Made by a program: the position numbers and the translations under genes
Notes under the pieces: generated by a model
The model's input: the letters and a program-made list of their open reading frames with translations, nothing else
Told to the model about the DNA's origin: nothing
Databases searched by the model: none
Shown here: positions 1-13,500 of the stretch, piece after piece
How positions within the stretch are numbered: the first letter of the stretch is position 1
Layout: every line of letters starts with the position of its first letter
Source of the DNA: Octopus sinensis
Taxonomy: Eukaryota
Direction: 5' to 3'
Length of the DNA stretch: 64,000 nt
NCBI RefSeq assembly: GCF_006345805.1
Contig: NC_043018.1
Location: 21,204,001 to 21,268,000 of the forward strand

Positions 1-669
1 GTATCATTCTATGAAGAGCAGATGCAATTCCTTCAGTTGTCTTATGCATCTCTCTCCACCTTGGCATTCCAATCACCCTGTAAAATTAGTATATTTTTCT
101 ATTGTTTTATCTTTTATATATATATATGCATATATATGTTTGTATGTTAAATACATATGAGAAAGCATGGCTCTGAACAAAAATTAAACCCTCATCAGCT
201 GTCTGACTAAGGATTATAGCAATTTCAACACTTCAGACAGGACCATTGCATATGGTTGTTTTGCAGTAGTGGAGATGAGGTTAAGAAAGTGAAGGACTGT
301 GTGTATGCATTGTGTTTTCACACATTCATGTATTGTGTGTGTGTTGTGTGCATTAATATATACATATAATATTAAGTGACTTTAAGGCGGTGAGCTGGCA
401 GAATCATTACCACACGTGAAAAAATCTGCTTAGCAGCATTTTGTTCATCTTTATGTTCTGAGTTCAAATTCCACCAAGATTGACTTTGCCTTTCAGGGTC
501 GTTAAAATAAGTATAAGTTGAGTACTGGAGTCAATGTAATCGACTTACTCCCTCCACTCAAAATTGCTGGCCTTGTGTCAATATTTGAAACCAATATTAA
601 TAGTGACTGTTGGCTGCTATGTTTTGTCAGTAAAACTAACTTCTCAAAATACACACATGAAATATTTTC

Positions 670-783
670 TGTGTGTGTATGTGTATACATGGATGGATGT
701 GTGTGTGTATGTATATATATATGTACATATATGGGGTTGTGTATATATGTGTGTATGTATATATATATGTACATATATGGGGT

Positions 784-821
<38 letters not shown>

Positions 822-830
822 ATGTATGTA
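670..830. repeat. (TG)n/(TA)n compound microsatellite with a short internal duplication
   Basis: ATGTACATATATGGGGTTGTGTATATAT occurs twice; source of spurious ORFs 502..879, 518..865, 564..833. Confidence 0.9.
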
Positions 831-865
831 TAATGCTTTTTGTTTTGAATTTCTTGTATTTATAG

Positions 866-949
866 TTATTGGTGAACAAGAAAATTATCAGCTTAGATTT
901 GCCAGTGAAAGAAGTTTACAAGAAGATTTGGGCTCCTGAGCATGGCGAT
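866..949 (+). CDS. UBR4: UBR4 exon ([28 protein letters not shown])
   Basis: tatag| ... |gtaaga, phase 0/0. Confidence 0.93.
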
Positions 950-3900
950 GTAAGATATATTTTGTCTTAATTCTCTTTAAATGGTTGCTGAACGATTTGC
1001 AATTCTGTATTTCATGTATTCTGTTAATTAGTTTGTATTCGTTAGCTGGGAAGTATGTAATTGGAAATTAAAATTTTTTCATCTGAATTAAAAATTTAAC
1101 TCTTTTTGATTCAACTTGTGCCAATATTTGTCTGGTCCATTGTTAAATAGTTTTAACAAAATTGTTTTAACAAGTACTATTCATAGCCACTTTAACATGG
1201 CTGTCCATTTGAGTGGACTCTACTGTGATAAGAGATGGTAGGGGTTTTCCTCTCCTGCTCACAATTTTATATTTTCAAACCCTTGGTGTCATATCTGCAT
1301 GATATCTTTATTACATTGTCTTCTATGTTTTGATGTGTTGGGCCTAAATATTTTTATTTCCCTCAGTGTAAAAATGGAGGGGAAAAAAAAGTAGTGATGG
1401 TCAGTTGGTTTGCAAAACAGTAACATTCTAAAATCATAACGATTGTATTTATTTTACTGTGTCGAGACCAAAATTTTGTCACTCATATTAATGTGATTTG
1501 CTGTGTTTTCTTTTATCATAATTACTGAGCCAATTATTTTTTCTTTTCCTCCAGGGTGAACCAATGCCTATAGTATATCGTATGAGAGGCCTTCTTGGTG
1601 ATGCTACCGAAGACATGGTAAACTCGTTAGACACAAGTACAGGTAATGCATTTCCTTTCATCATTTTAGCATTTATTTCTCTTAAATTCATCAATAAATT
1701 AAAACATTTGCCATGGTTACATATTGCTACTTGATTCTATTTTATAGACGAAGATGTTGATAAGGAAGAAGTCTATAAAATGGCTTCTGTGCTTGGAGAA
1801 TGTGGAGGTCTGGAAGTCATGCTTCAAAGGTTTGTTTGATGTTTCACCTAAAATCATAACTATTTTCAAAGATGTTCTTAACCCTTTTATTATATTTCTG
1901 TTGAAACACACTGCTTTTTTTTTCTTCCTATTAATTTTTAAAATAATGAAGAATTTAGTAAAAGAACTTCATAGCTATTGGTTTCAAACTTTGGCATAAG
2001 GCCAGGAAGTTTGGGGAAGGAGTGGAGCAAGTTGATTACATCAAACCCAGTCCTTAACTGGTATTTATTTTGTTGACCCCCAAAAGGATGAAAGGCAAAG
2101 ATGACCTTGACAGCATTTGAACTTATGGAAAGCAAAATTTTAGACATAATATAGCTTCCACCCCTTCAACTTATGTATTCTTTGTTTAATAGGGGTATCT
2201 GTTTGACTGTTTAATCCTTGTTAGGTTGTAGGAGCCAGATTAATCAGATGGGGATCATACTCAACCCTTTGAGCCCTGAACTCCTGAGCCTTCTTTTACC
2301 ATATACCTGGCACTCCACCGGTGCTATGGTATAGAGCAGTGCTACGGTATAGAGAAAAATAAGCCATCCACTGGTGAATCGGTGTTACAGGCTCAAAGGG
2401 TTGATGAAGAACAGCTTAAATAAAACCATATTGATGAGAAAGAGCTTCTATAGCCAAAGCATTGTAGTTCTGTTGTTTTTAAACTTTTACAATTTGTAAT
2501 TTTAATTTCATTAATGTGTTTTTGTTTTGTTTTGTTTTTTCTTTTATTACAGGCTAGCGACTATCAAAGATTTGGTGCTAGGTAAACAGCTGATGATGGT
2601 ACTGCTTAAATTATTCAGTTATGCAGTAAATGTGAAAGCAAACAGACTACAACTCATAAAACCTGAAATGAACACAACTAGTATAATGCTAGGTGGCCTC
2701 AACTTGGTAAGGAATTACTAATTACATTTTTTTTTTATTTTTCTACTTTATTGAATTGCTTTGTAAATGAGCTGATCACACAGATTTGCTACGAGTCAGG
2801 GGTTTTAGGGTTTAACCCTTCGGTGTTCACATTATTCTGTTAAATATAACACCTTTTTATTCAGATTGTTTTGAATTAATCATGCATTATCTTATAGCTT
2901 TGAAGTTTTGATGATGTAATTGTTTATTTTTAGACTGTCAGTGTAGGTTAGGTGTGAGAGGCTGGATAAGACCAGTTTGAATACAAAACATGTAGAATAT
3001 TTGGGCCAGATGTGGCCAGTTTAAATGCTAAAGGATTAATATAAATTGAATAGGAAACAAGTTTTCTTGTAACCTTCTCATTCTCTAAGATTTTTATGGA
3101 AATGATAAACAACTTTGTGACAGAGAGGTGCCCCATTCAGTGGGAATGTTGTAATCTCTGTTCTTTATACATCGTGGAAACTGAGTAACTGGTCTTGTGA
3201 GTGCTAGGGCTCAAGAAGGACCTTTAGGCTAAATATACAACATTATAAGCTCCAGTTTTGAGACAGCAAGAAGCAACACAGTCTCTAATGGCTCTTAGAC
3301 CAGTAATCTATCATGATCATCATCATAATCATCGTGAACATTTGACATCTGTTTTCCATGCTGGCATAGGTTGGATGGGTTGCACCATGTTCTATAGTCT
3401 GTTCTGATATGGTTTCTACTGCCGGATGCCCTTCCTAATGCCAACCACTTTACAGAGTGTACTGGGTACTTTTTATGTGGCACCAGCACCCACACCAATG
3501 CTTTTTACATTGGTGTTGTTGTGTCCCCATAACTTAACAGTTTGACAAAAGAGACCGATAGAATAAGTACTAGGCTTAGAAAATAAGTACTTGGGTTGAT
3601 CCATTCGACTAAAAATTCAAAGCGGTGCCCCAGCCTGGCCACAGTCTAATGACTGAAAGAAACAAAAGGATAAAGAATCTGTGTACTTCTGTGAGGTGTT
3701 AATGATATTTATGGCATGTGTTTGTGTGTTGTAGGCATTATGGTCTGAACAAGAAAGTGGCATCAGTGGCAGCAAAGGTCAGAGTATCACAGAGCAGGTA
3801 TTACAAATAATGGAAGTTATTTTGATGGAAGCTAGCTGCCAGCCAACTGATGAATATAAGGTAATTATCCCAAATTCTTTCACTATTCTAATATTTCCAG

Positions 3901-6900
3901 CCAGTGTAAGGCAGCGAGCTGGCAGAATTGTTAGCACGCTGGAGAAAATGCTTGGCGGCATTTCATCCATCTTTTACGTTCTGGGTTTGAATTCCACCGA
4001 TCAACTTTGCCTTTTATCCTTTCTGGGTTGATAAATTAAGTACCAGTTATGCACTAGGGTCATTGTAATTGACTTATCCCCTACCCTCAAAATTACCGGC
4101 CTTGTTCCAAAATTTGAAATGAATATTTCTGGCCAGTGTAATTAACACAAAAAACACAATCATTTTTTTCTTTTAATAATTGAAGAATAATAGCTGGGTT
4201 TTATTTTTTTGTTTGTTTTAAAATATCTGAGAAGTTTGTAGGAATTCAATTTCTTAATACATTTGAGACAGGCCCAGCTGAGACAATCTCCCATCTTAAA
4301 GTTTTGTTCAAAATTATAATCTTGATTTTTAAATATAATTTAAGATTATAATTTATAATTGTGTGCATGTATATTTGGCAGTTGATCTTCCTATTGAACC
4401 ATCGAAACTATGTCTAGTATTAGCTTTCCAAATTGCTGATACTGTCTGTCAGTTGCAATTCCATGATAGAAAGTGTCACTGTGTTTTTGGTGAAAGGGTG
4501 AGATTTGATCACAAAATGCATAGAATTTGAACAAATACAGCAAAACATCTTCCTTGACCCCACCCCCACCCCACCATTCCACTAATCCACTGACTAAAAC
4601 CAATACTTTTATTGGCTCTGAAAACAAATTTAATCTCAGTGAGATTTGGACCCCATTATAATTTAATGTAAGAACCTTCTTTTGTTAAGTTGTGCCCCCC
4701 AAAAAACCCAGCTCAGCTAAAGTTAGTTTTTCTTAAATATTTTCAAAATCAATGCATTGAAACTCATAAAAATTTTGTGAATTTGAAACTAAACTATTTT
4801 ATTTTCGCTTTTGTCAGAAATTTTCTAAACTTTGTGGTGACAAAGACCAACTAATGTTACTACTAGACCGAATTAACAGCCCATTTGTGAGAGCCAACTC
4901 TAGTGTACTCCAAGCTCTTATGAAACTTATTCCATTCTTGGCATTTGGAGATGAAGATAAAATGTTAGCTCTGATTAATCACTTTAAACCTTATTTAGAT
5001 TTTAACAAGTAAGTATTCAATTAACTACTCTCAATAATTATCACGTTTGAAAGCTGTCTTTTTTTTTGTATTATTTAAGTGTATCCTTGTATTTGTATTA
5101 ATTATTAATAAGTGTACAAAGATTTTATTCATAAACTTAAATTTTTCTTTCAATAAATGAAAGAAAAAATATTAAGTCTGAAATAAGATTCTAAAGGATT
5201 ATCTCAGCTGAGAATTTTTCTCATTTTGAATTAAATTTCTGATTAAAATTTTTTTTTTCTTATAGAGGAGAGCCTCTTTTCTACGAAGCTAACAAGGGCT
5301 TGATGTCTGTTTAACCCTTCTGTTACTGTATTTATTTTGAGATGCTCTGTATTTCTTTCAATTACTTTAAATATAACAAAGAACTTAGTAAAATAACTTA
5401 GTTATCATTCAGCTAGTGTTAGGGACATAAATTGTGACTAAGGTTTGGTGGAAGATTTTAATTCAAAACTTATGAAAACAAGACATTTGTACTCAGAGCC
5501 AGAAGCAGTTTCAGCCAGGTTGGTATCGAAAGGGTTAAGTTTAACTTTTTTTTTTTTTAAATTTTACTTTAACACAACCACACTGTTATTTTACGGATTA
5601 TGAACTACAAGAGACACCATCATGTAGCTCTTAGTATTTACAATGGCAGTGATGATGTGTAGAGAGAGGATCATGTTGGTTTATTGTAGCACTGTTTCAA
5701 TTGATTGAACATGGCACCCTATTTTATTTATCTCAGATCACACACTGGAGGTTATAAATAATGTTAATCGATTGATTTAAACAACTTTTTTAAGAAAAGT
5801 CTGTCATTATACTATAGTCTGGTTGATAGCCTCCACTTATTTTGGATCAAGTTTTGTATTACCCACTCTTATTACAGGTTAAAAACCGGTTTCCACCTGC
5901 TTCAGGCCACAGATGGAGTCAACTAAATTAAATTTCAAACTACACCTCCTTTTGATCTAAGACTGAAATATATTTAATGTTATCAATTAAATTCATTCAC
6001 AATTACTTCAGATTTCCAGAGAAATCTTTGTTTCCATTTACATCTTGAAATATGACTTGGTCTTCATTATTGAGCATCTTAGAATAAGCTGACCATTTAA
6101 GGATGCTTTAGACTGACTACATATAACTGTAAAGTGAGTGTGGTACAATATGTAAATTGCTGCCATTTTGTCATCACTACCACGGTGGTCATATTTGTTG
6201 TTACAGAGTCAACATGTTGAACACATTATTATCTTCACTTTCTAAAGCTCACGCTTTATTTATTGAAATTTCTACCACACACACCCCTATAGTTCATCAT
6301 AATCATCATCATCATCATGATTTAACGTCCATTTTTCATGCTGGCATGGGTTGGACAGCTTGACAGGAACTGGCAAGGCCAGGGGGTCACACCCGGTTCC
6401 ATAGTCTGCTTTGGTTTGGTTTCTACAGCAGGATGCCAACCACTTCACAGAATGTACTGGGTGCTTTTTACGTGACACCAGCACCCACACTAATGCTTTT
6501 TACATGCCACCTTGGTTTTAGGATCTCAATTCTGTTGCGGTGGGCGAGTCTTCTCAAGTACAGCAATGTTCCATAAATCTTGGTCCCCTGTCATCTCCTT
6601 TGTAAGGGTCAGCATTCAGTGTTTCATTCCATGTCTTCCTGTGTCTCCCTGTTCATTAAATAAATACCATCAACCCCTGGACATTACTGTTTTGATTTCC
6701 AAGATTCATAGAGTTATCCAGTTTCCGTGACGTATAAGTAAATGCGATCATAACATTCCCACTGGACATAGTGCCAGTTCATCGCAGGGTTACCCATTCA
6801 CAGTTGCAAGGACTGGAACAACATGAAACAGTGTTCTGTTTGCAGGACACGATGCACCATGAGTGCACTCCCTAACCACTAGGTCATGTGCCCTCACTAA

Positions 6901-9900
6901 ATATCGCAATAATAGATTTTTCTATAGCTAATCGGCATTTAACGGTAACAGAAAATTTAATTTAATACCTGGTTTTGTATTTATTTGAATATTATGGCGC
7001 TTTGAAATTAGCGGAGGAAAAAGTCATAATTAAATTTGCAGATACGATTCTGTTTCCAGATTTGACTTTGAGCATAACCAAGATGAACAAATCCATTTAG
7101 AATGTTTCTGTGTTATTGCCAGTGGTATCAAGGTAAGTGACAGTCACCTGTTATGAATTGTAATTAATTAACAATGTTAAAATACCAATGAAACAACCAA
7201 ACTCCTAATTACTAATTAAAAGATGGGTATTTTGGACAAACTAATACACTAAAACCTTTTATGATAATTATTATTATAGCCTCTGGAACCATCCTTATTG
7301 TTATTTTATTGTTCAATTTATTAATAAGACTCTGTTACATTCAAAGTACTATTACTTTGAATGATCTTAAGGGTGAGCCATGTACCCTTCTGGATCTCAC
7401 CTGAGATACTAAAGAAATCAAGAACTCATGGCTAGCAGTCCAGCTCTTTCAAATTTCTCAAAATTCTTTGAGTTATAAAATGTAATTTACCTGCAATGAC
7501 AGTACTTTCTGTGACTTAACTCTGTTCGACTGCAGATGTGTTTTAGCCCTCACCTCCTCCTCCTTCACTACAGCTTTTAGAATATGAGAGAAAACATAGG
7601 AATTACTCACAGTAGCATCCTGTATAAAACATCTATTTCTAGTCCAGAGAAAAAGAGTAAAATAATTGTGGTTCTTTGTATCATCCCTGGACAATCCTAC
7701 ATGTTCTGTGATGAAGTGGATATTTAATTTTGCTAAGGCTTGTTTTAAAATTAAATTTATCTCAGTATATTAGGTAAAGCAACTTGCATTCAATTAACAA
7801 GGACAGTCCATGAAGTCTGACCGATGGAGTGAAATATATTCTTAAACAACCTGGTGGTTTGGGTCTCTAAACTATCCTCCAATGGAACAGACAAATGTTT
7901 TTACTTCTCTTTTTTTTTTTTTATCCTAATTTATGAAGCAAAGCAAACAAAGAAGACAAAATGGTCTCTCTGTGATGTCTTTGAGGAATTTGGCATTGTT
8001 GGTTTTCCTGAGTTTGGGTATCAACTGACATTTGTAGCCATAACTTTTGCATTTCACCCCAAATTCAGATGGGAAGAAGTGGGCAGGCTTCTAAGTAATT
8101 CAATTTTCCATTTCAAGAAACAAGTGAACAAACCAGTTTTTACAGTCAGATATGTGGAGAGTCACAACTAGGCGTAAAATCCCGTGAAGTTGCTCGACAA
8201 ACGCAGCTGTTTATATAATCTGGAGGGGATGTGGATGAAGCAATTCTGAATCTCTCTTTTGGAATACGATCCTAAATATTACATTTTCACTTTCTAGAGT
8301 ACTGCTAATGGAACTTGGTTGAAGAATATGATCTTGGAGCATGGTATTGTCAATTCAGCTGTGGATTTCATTTTATCTCACGCTCCTCCAGTGAAGACAA
8401 TTGGGTAAGTACTAGATATGTATCATCATTGTCATCTCTATCATCTTTTAACATCCATCTTCTAGATTCTTATATATTTCAGTTCATTTTCCAGTCAGTT
8501 TATAATTTGCTGTTTTATTTTCACTGTTGCAGCACAAGTTGTCAGAGTCGTACAGAAGAAATGAGGTGAATTATATTCATATTATATTCTAACCTTTCTT
8601 TCGCCTTGAGTGTTTTAAGACAATCTATGAACTTGAGAAGACTGAAAGTGCTTTTAGTCCAAGTCTTAACTAACATCACTTCAGAGAAAATATTGTGAAT
8701 TCTCACCTTTTCCATATAGTAGAACAAACTCAAAATATTACAGTTTTATGTTTACATTATAATTCAACTTTTCCATATCCAAGTGGACTTCTTAACCTGA
8801 TATTCTACCTGCTATCATTTATAATTCTATCTACCATTAAAGATAATTTGCTTCATATCTTATCCAAGTTTCTTGATTTTTATCATGTAAGCAGGCATAG
8901 ACATGGCTATGTGGTAAAAATTTGCTTCCCAAACACATGGTTCCAGGTTCAATCCCTCTGTGTAGCACCTTGGGCAAGTGTCTTCTATAACTTTTGGCTA
9001 ACCAAAGCTTTGTGAGAGGACTTGGTAGATGGAAACTGAAAGAAGCCCATCACGTATGTGTGTCTGTGTTTGTCCACCACCACCACTACCACTTGACAAC
9101 CGGTGTTAGTGTGTTTACGTTCCTGCAACTTGGCAGGCAGTTTGGTAAAAGAGACTGATAGAATAAGTACTGGTCTTTAAAAAGTCCTGGGGTCGATTTG
9201 TTCAACTAAAACCCTTCAAGGTGGTGCTCCAGCATGGCTGCAGTCAAATGACTGAAACAAAAGATAAAAGACAAACCTCTTATAATTCTTGCTGGTAGGA
9301 ATAAAGCTTCTAAAATGGATGGGGAAAATTCCAAAGTTGCTTTGGTATAACAGCCATGTTGACAGAAAATGTGGGTTCAAGTTCTACATGCAGCCTTCAA
9401 CTTTTTTTTCCATCCAAGGGTGTTTTTAATCAAATATTCTACATGTTAATATTTATAGCTTTTCTATCTTCTTTGAGTCCCATTGTTAAAAAATAGTTTT
9501 CCAGCAGTTATATATTTTATAAATTTAAATTTCTCTTTTTGTATTCTTTGTTATTTTCGTTTTCCTTAATCAGTCCTGCATGAATGAGGTCTTATTCGAG
9601 TTTTGTCTTACTTTTAGCACTGACACAGAAGACTGGCAGGAGTTCCTTGGAAAAGCATCTTTGAGTTATGTTCTCCGATTGTTGACAGGATTATGTTCTG
9701 GACACACTGGAACTCAGGTAGTTCAGACTTCTTTTTATGACGTTCATGATCAGAGAGGAACAATTATTGGTCAATAGAGATAATGCATTGAAACAAATTT
9801 CTTACACTTGAAATTAGTAATGTTATCATCAAATGTATTTATAACAAGAGAAAAAAAATATAATTTAGAATTTCTTCAAAATTCTTGACAAGTAAGAGAA

Positions 9901-10214
9901 AAAAATGCCCTTGTCAACTTAAGACATTAAATGATATAAGTTATGTTTGAATCTACAGCTTCATAGCAAAAAATATCTTCACATTTGCTAGATGCATCAT
10001 ATTTGAAGTCCATTGACTAAGCAATTGATCTTTTATTTAATGAGTTCAAGCCTGGAGTATATATCAATAAGTTTAATAGTTTGTTAACCATTCTACATTA
10101 AAACTTTCCATATATGCCAAACATCAGTTTGATTACGACTGTTATTTTACTAAATACTTCATAATATTCAAAATTAAAACAACAGCTTCATTATTATTAT
10201 TATTATTATTATTA

Positions 10215-10251
<37 letters not shown>

Positions 10252-10464
10252 GAAGGTTGTGAGCTGGCAGAATCATTAGCACGAGAGGCGAAATGCTTAG
10301 CAGTGTTTTGTCAGCTACTACATTCTGACTTCAAATTCCCCCAAAGTCAACTTTGCCTTTCATCTTTTCGGGGTCAATAAATTAAGCACCAGTTGCGTAC
10401 TGGTGTCAGCATAATTGACTTACCCCTCCCCCAAATTTTAGGCCTTGTGCCTATAGTAGAAAGG

Positions 10465-10512
<48 letters not shown>

Positions 10513-13500
10513 TATTATTATTATTATTAATATTAAATGGCATAAAGCTTGAAATTTTTAAGGTAGTTGCTTCATGTAATATTTCTAATGTTGGCACAAA
10601 TGGAAAGTGATAAGTTGATGACATTGACTCCAGGTACTGGATTGGTACTTCATTTTATCAACTCTGAAAGAATGGGAAGTAAAGTTGACCTTGGCAGGAT
10701 TTGAACTCAGAATGTAAAGAGTTGGAAGAGAAGTCACTAACAATTCTGCCAGCTCGCTACCTTTGCTTCATGGAATGATGGGTTCAAATTTTGGCACAAT
10801 GCCAGCAATTTTGAAGGAAGGGGAAAGTCAGTGACATTAACTGGCACTTTATTTTATTGACCCTAAAAAAAAAAATAAAAGGCAAGGTTGACCTTGGCAT
10901 TATTTGAACACAGAACAGAGCTGGTAGGAATACTGTTAAGCGTTTTTGTCCAATGTGTTATCAATTGGACCAGCTTGCTATCTTAATCTTCATCATCATC
11001 ATTTAGCATCCACTTTCCATGCTAGCATGGGTTGGACGGTTCAACTGGGGTCTGTGAAGCCAGAAGGCTTCATCAGGCCCAATTTGATCTGGCAATGTTT
11101 CTACAGCTGGATGCCCTTCCTAACGCCAACCACTCCGTGAGTGTAGTGGGTGCTTTTTATGTGCCACCCGCACAGGTGCCAGACAGAGCTGGCAAACAGC
11201 CACGGATGGATGGTGCTTTTTACGTGCCACCGGCACGGGGGCCAGGTGAGGCTGGCAACGGCCACGAACGGATGGTGCTTTTACATGTTAGAATAATATC
11301 ATCAAATATGTCTTTTATGTTTGGCCAAGCTGTAGTAATCAGTAACTGGAACAAAGCAGAAGCGGATCGCCTGAAGGCAATTGGGATTCATTAAATAAAC
11401 ATCTAAAAACATTAGTTTGTGAGAATGAAAAACATACACTTGCGTCAGAAATTAATTAGCACTTCTCAAATTTCTACATTAAATAGGTTAAATCAATTAA
11501 CCTATTAGCTGTTCAAAACGTCTTACGCGATGAGAAAACTTAGTATGGTGTGATTTCGGTCCTTGCGAGGCGCTACCTATATCTATTAAACAAAGGAAGA
11601 TTTGTCTGCATCCGCACTCCAAGTTGTTGTTGCACTGCTATGTCAACATCATAAGGCTGTAGACTCTCAAACTGCTCTGCAAACAAAGTTACGTCATCGT
11701 TCTGCGCAACAGTGAACTCGCAACAAAGCAATAGTTCGAGATATGGCCACCAGGTGACAGCACATACCTTGAGTGAAGAGCAAATCAAGGGTGCTAATTA
11801 ATTTCTGACGGTAGTGTAGATGTGGCTATATTGATAATGCTTTTGTAATCAATCCTTTACTGATGATCTTTTTTTTTTCCTCACTTTTCATGTCTTCTCT
11901 GCGTCTGGCAGTTATTAGTTGGAGAAGAGTGTATTCCAATTCTTCACAAGCTCGAACAGATTTCTTCAGATAAACACATAGGTACAATGGCAGAGAATTT
12001 ACTGGAAGCTCTGAAGGAAAATGAACAGACGGCAGCTAAGGTACGTATAACACTTGCTAACGGGGATAGCATCGAATTTTATTGGATACTCTTTTACTCT
12101 CTTTTACTTGTTTAAGTCATTTGACTGTGGCCATGCTGGAGCACCGCCTTTAGTCGAGCAAATCGACCCCCGGGACTTATTCTTTGTAAGCCCAGTACTT
12201 ATTCTATCGGTCTCTTTTGCCGAACCGCTAAGTGACGGGGACGTAAACACACCAGCATCGGTTGTCAAGCAATGCTAGGAGGACAAACACAGACACACAC
12301 ACATATATATATATACGACAGGCTTCTTTCAGTTTCCGTCTACCAAATCCACTCACAAGGCATTGGTCGGCCCGGGGCTATAACATTGCCCAAGATGCCA
12401 CGCAGTGGGACTGAACCCAGAACCATGTGGTTGGTTAGCAAGCTACTTACCACACAGCCACTCCTGTTTGCATGGAATGTATTTATTGTATACTAAGTGA
12501 AGACCTATAGCTCTAATGCTTAGAGAGTTACACTCACACTCACAAGACCATGGTTTCGATTCTCAGATTGGGTGGGGTGTTTTGTTCTTGAGAAAAACGC
12601 ATCATTTCATGTTGCTTGGGTCCACTCAGCTGTAAGCAAATTACTCCGAGATGGACCAGGATCCTGTTCAGGAGAAATGTTGTGATCTCAGTCACTTCTA
12701 TGTCAGGGAAACTATGTAAATGGCCCCAATGAGTCCTTGGATTGGAAACTGTATTTAAGGGAATAATGTAGTTTCCTTAACTCTTTGGAGATGAAACCAG
12801 TTTTATATGGCATAAGAAGAATAATGAGAATGTTCTTGGAACTTTCAGTGGTAAATTATTCTTATTCTGTTGTCCATACTAAAGGTATTCTTGTATTATA
12901 TAAGTGTGCATGTGCACTCAAGATATTCTTGTGCTTATGATGATGCTGTTTGTTCCACTTGAGAAACTTTTTTCAGGTGAAAGATAGAAATTAAAGTCAG
13001 GTGTGTTTTCTCCCCAAAGTTCTATCCTTTGCCAGCTTTTCAGCATAGTTGGAGCATTAAGGCCTGTAGGCAAATATACTGAATAAAAATTACGACTACA
13101 ACGGCAAAAAATAAAAACAGATCTGTGATGGTCTGAATTGTTGAAGCTAAATTAATACAATTCATAAATTAGGTTCATCATCTCACTACATATGAACTTG
13201 TCTTGCATCATCATCATCAGTGTTTAATGTGTGCTTTCCATGCTAGCATGGGTTGGACGATTTGACTGAGGTCTGATGAACCAGATAGCTGCACCAGGTT
13301 CCAATCTTGATCTGGCAGAGTTTTTACAGCTGGATGCCCTTCTTAATGCCAAGAGTGTAATGGGTGCTTTTACGTGCCACTGGCACGAGGGGCAGTACTG
13401 GCAACGACCATGCTCAAATGGTGATTTTCATGTGCCTTGCATAAAATCTAATATATATATTGCTTGGAGCATTTTGGATATGAATGCAATGTTGAATAAG

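Noticed and set aside
1-865. Additional UBR4 exon at the window start
   Set aside because: No segment encodes the expected upstream peptide with valid splice sites; the region is intron, SINE and microsatellite.
502-879. Long ORFs over (TA)n/(CA)n tracts (also 22232, 26179, 34572, 45115, 51125, 54943-55241, 63751)
   Set aside because: Low-complexity YI/HT/VC runs that are open only because these dinucleotide repeats lack stops.
7491-8706. Nested antisense gene from minus-strand exon-like segments (7491-7573, a 9-nt piece near 7611-7619, 8594-8678)
   Set aside because: Implied introns are only ~28-36 nt, phases do not chain, and the peptides are unrecognisable; consistent with chance in AT-rich DNA.
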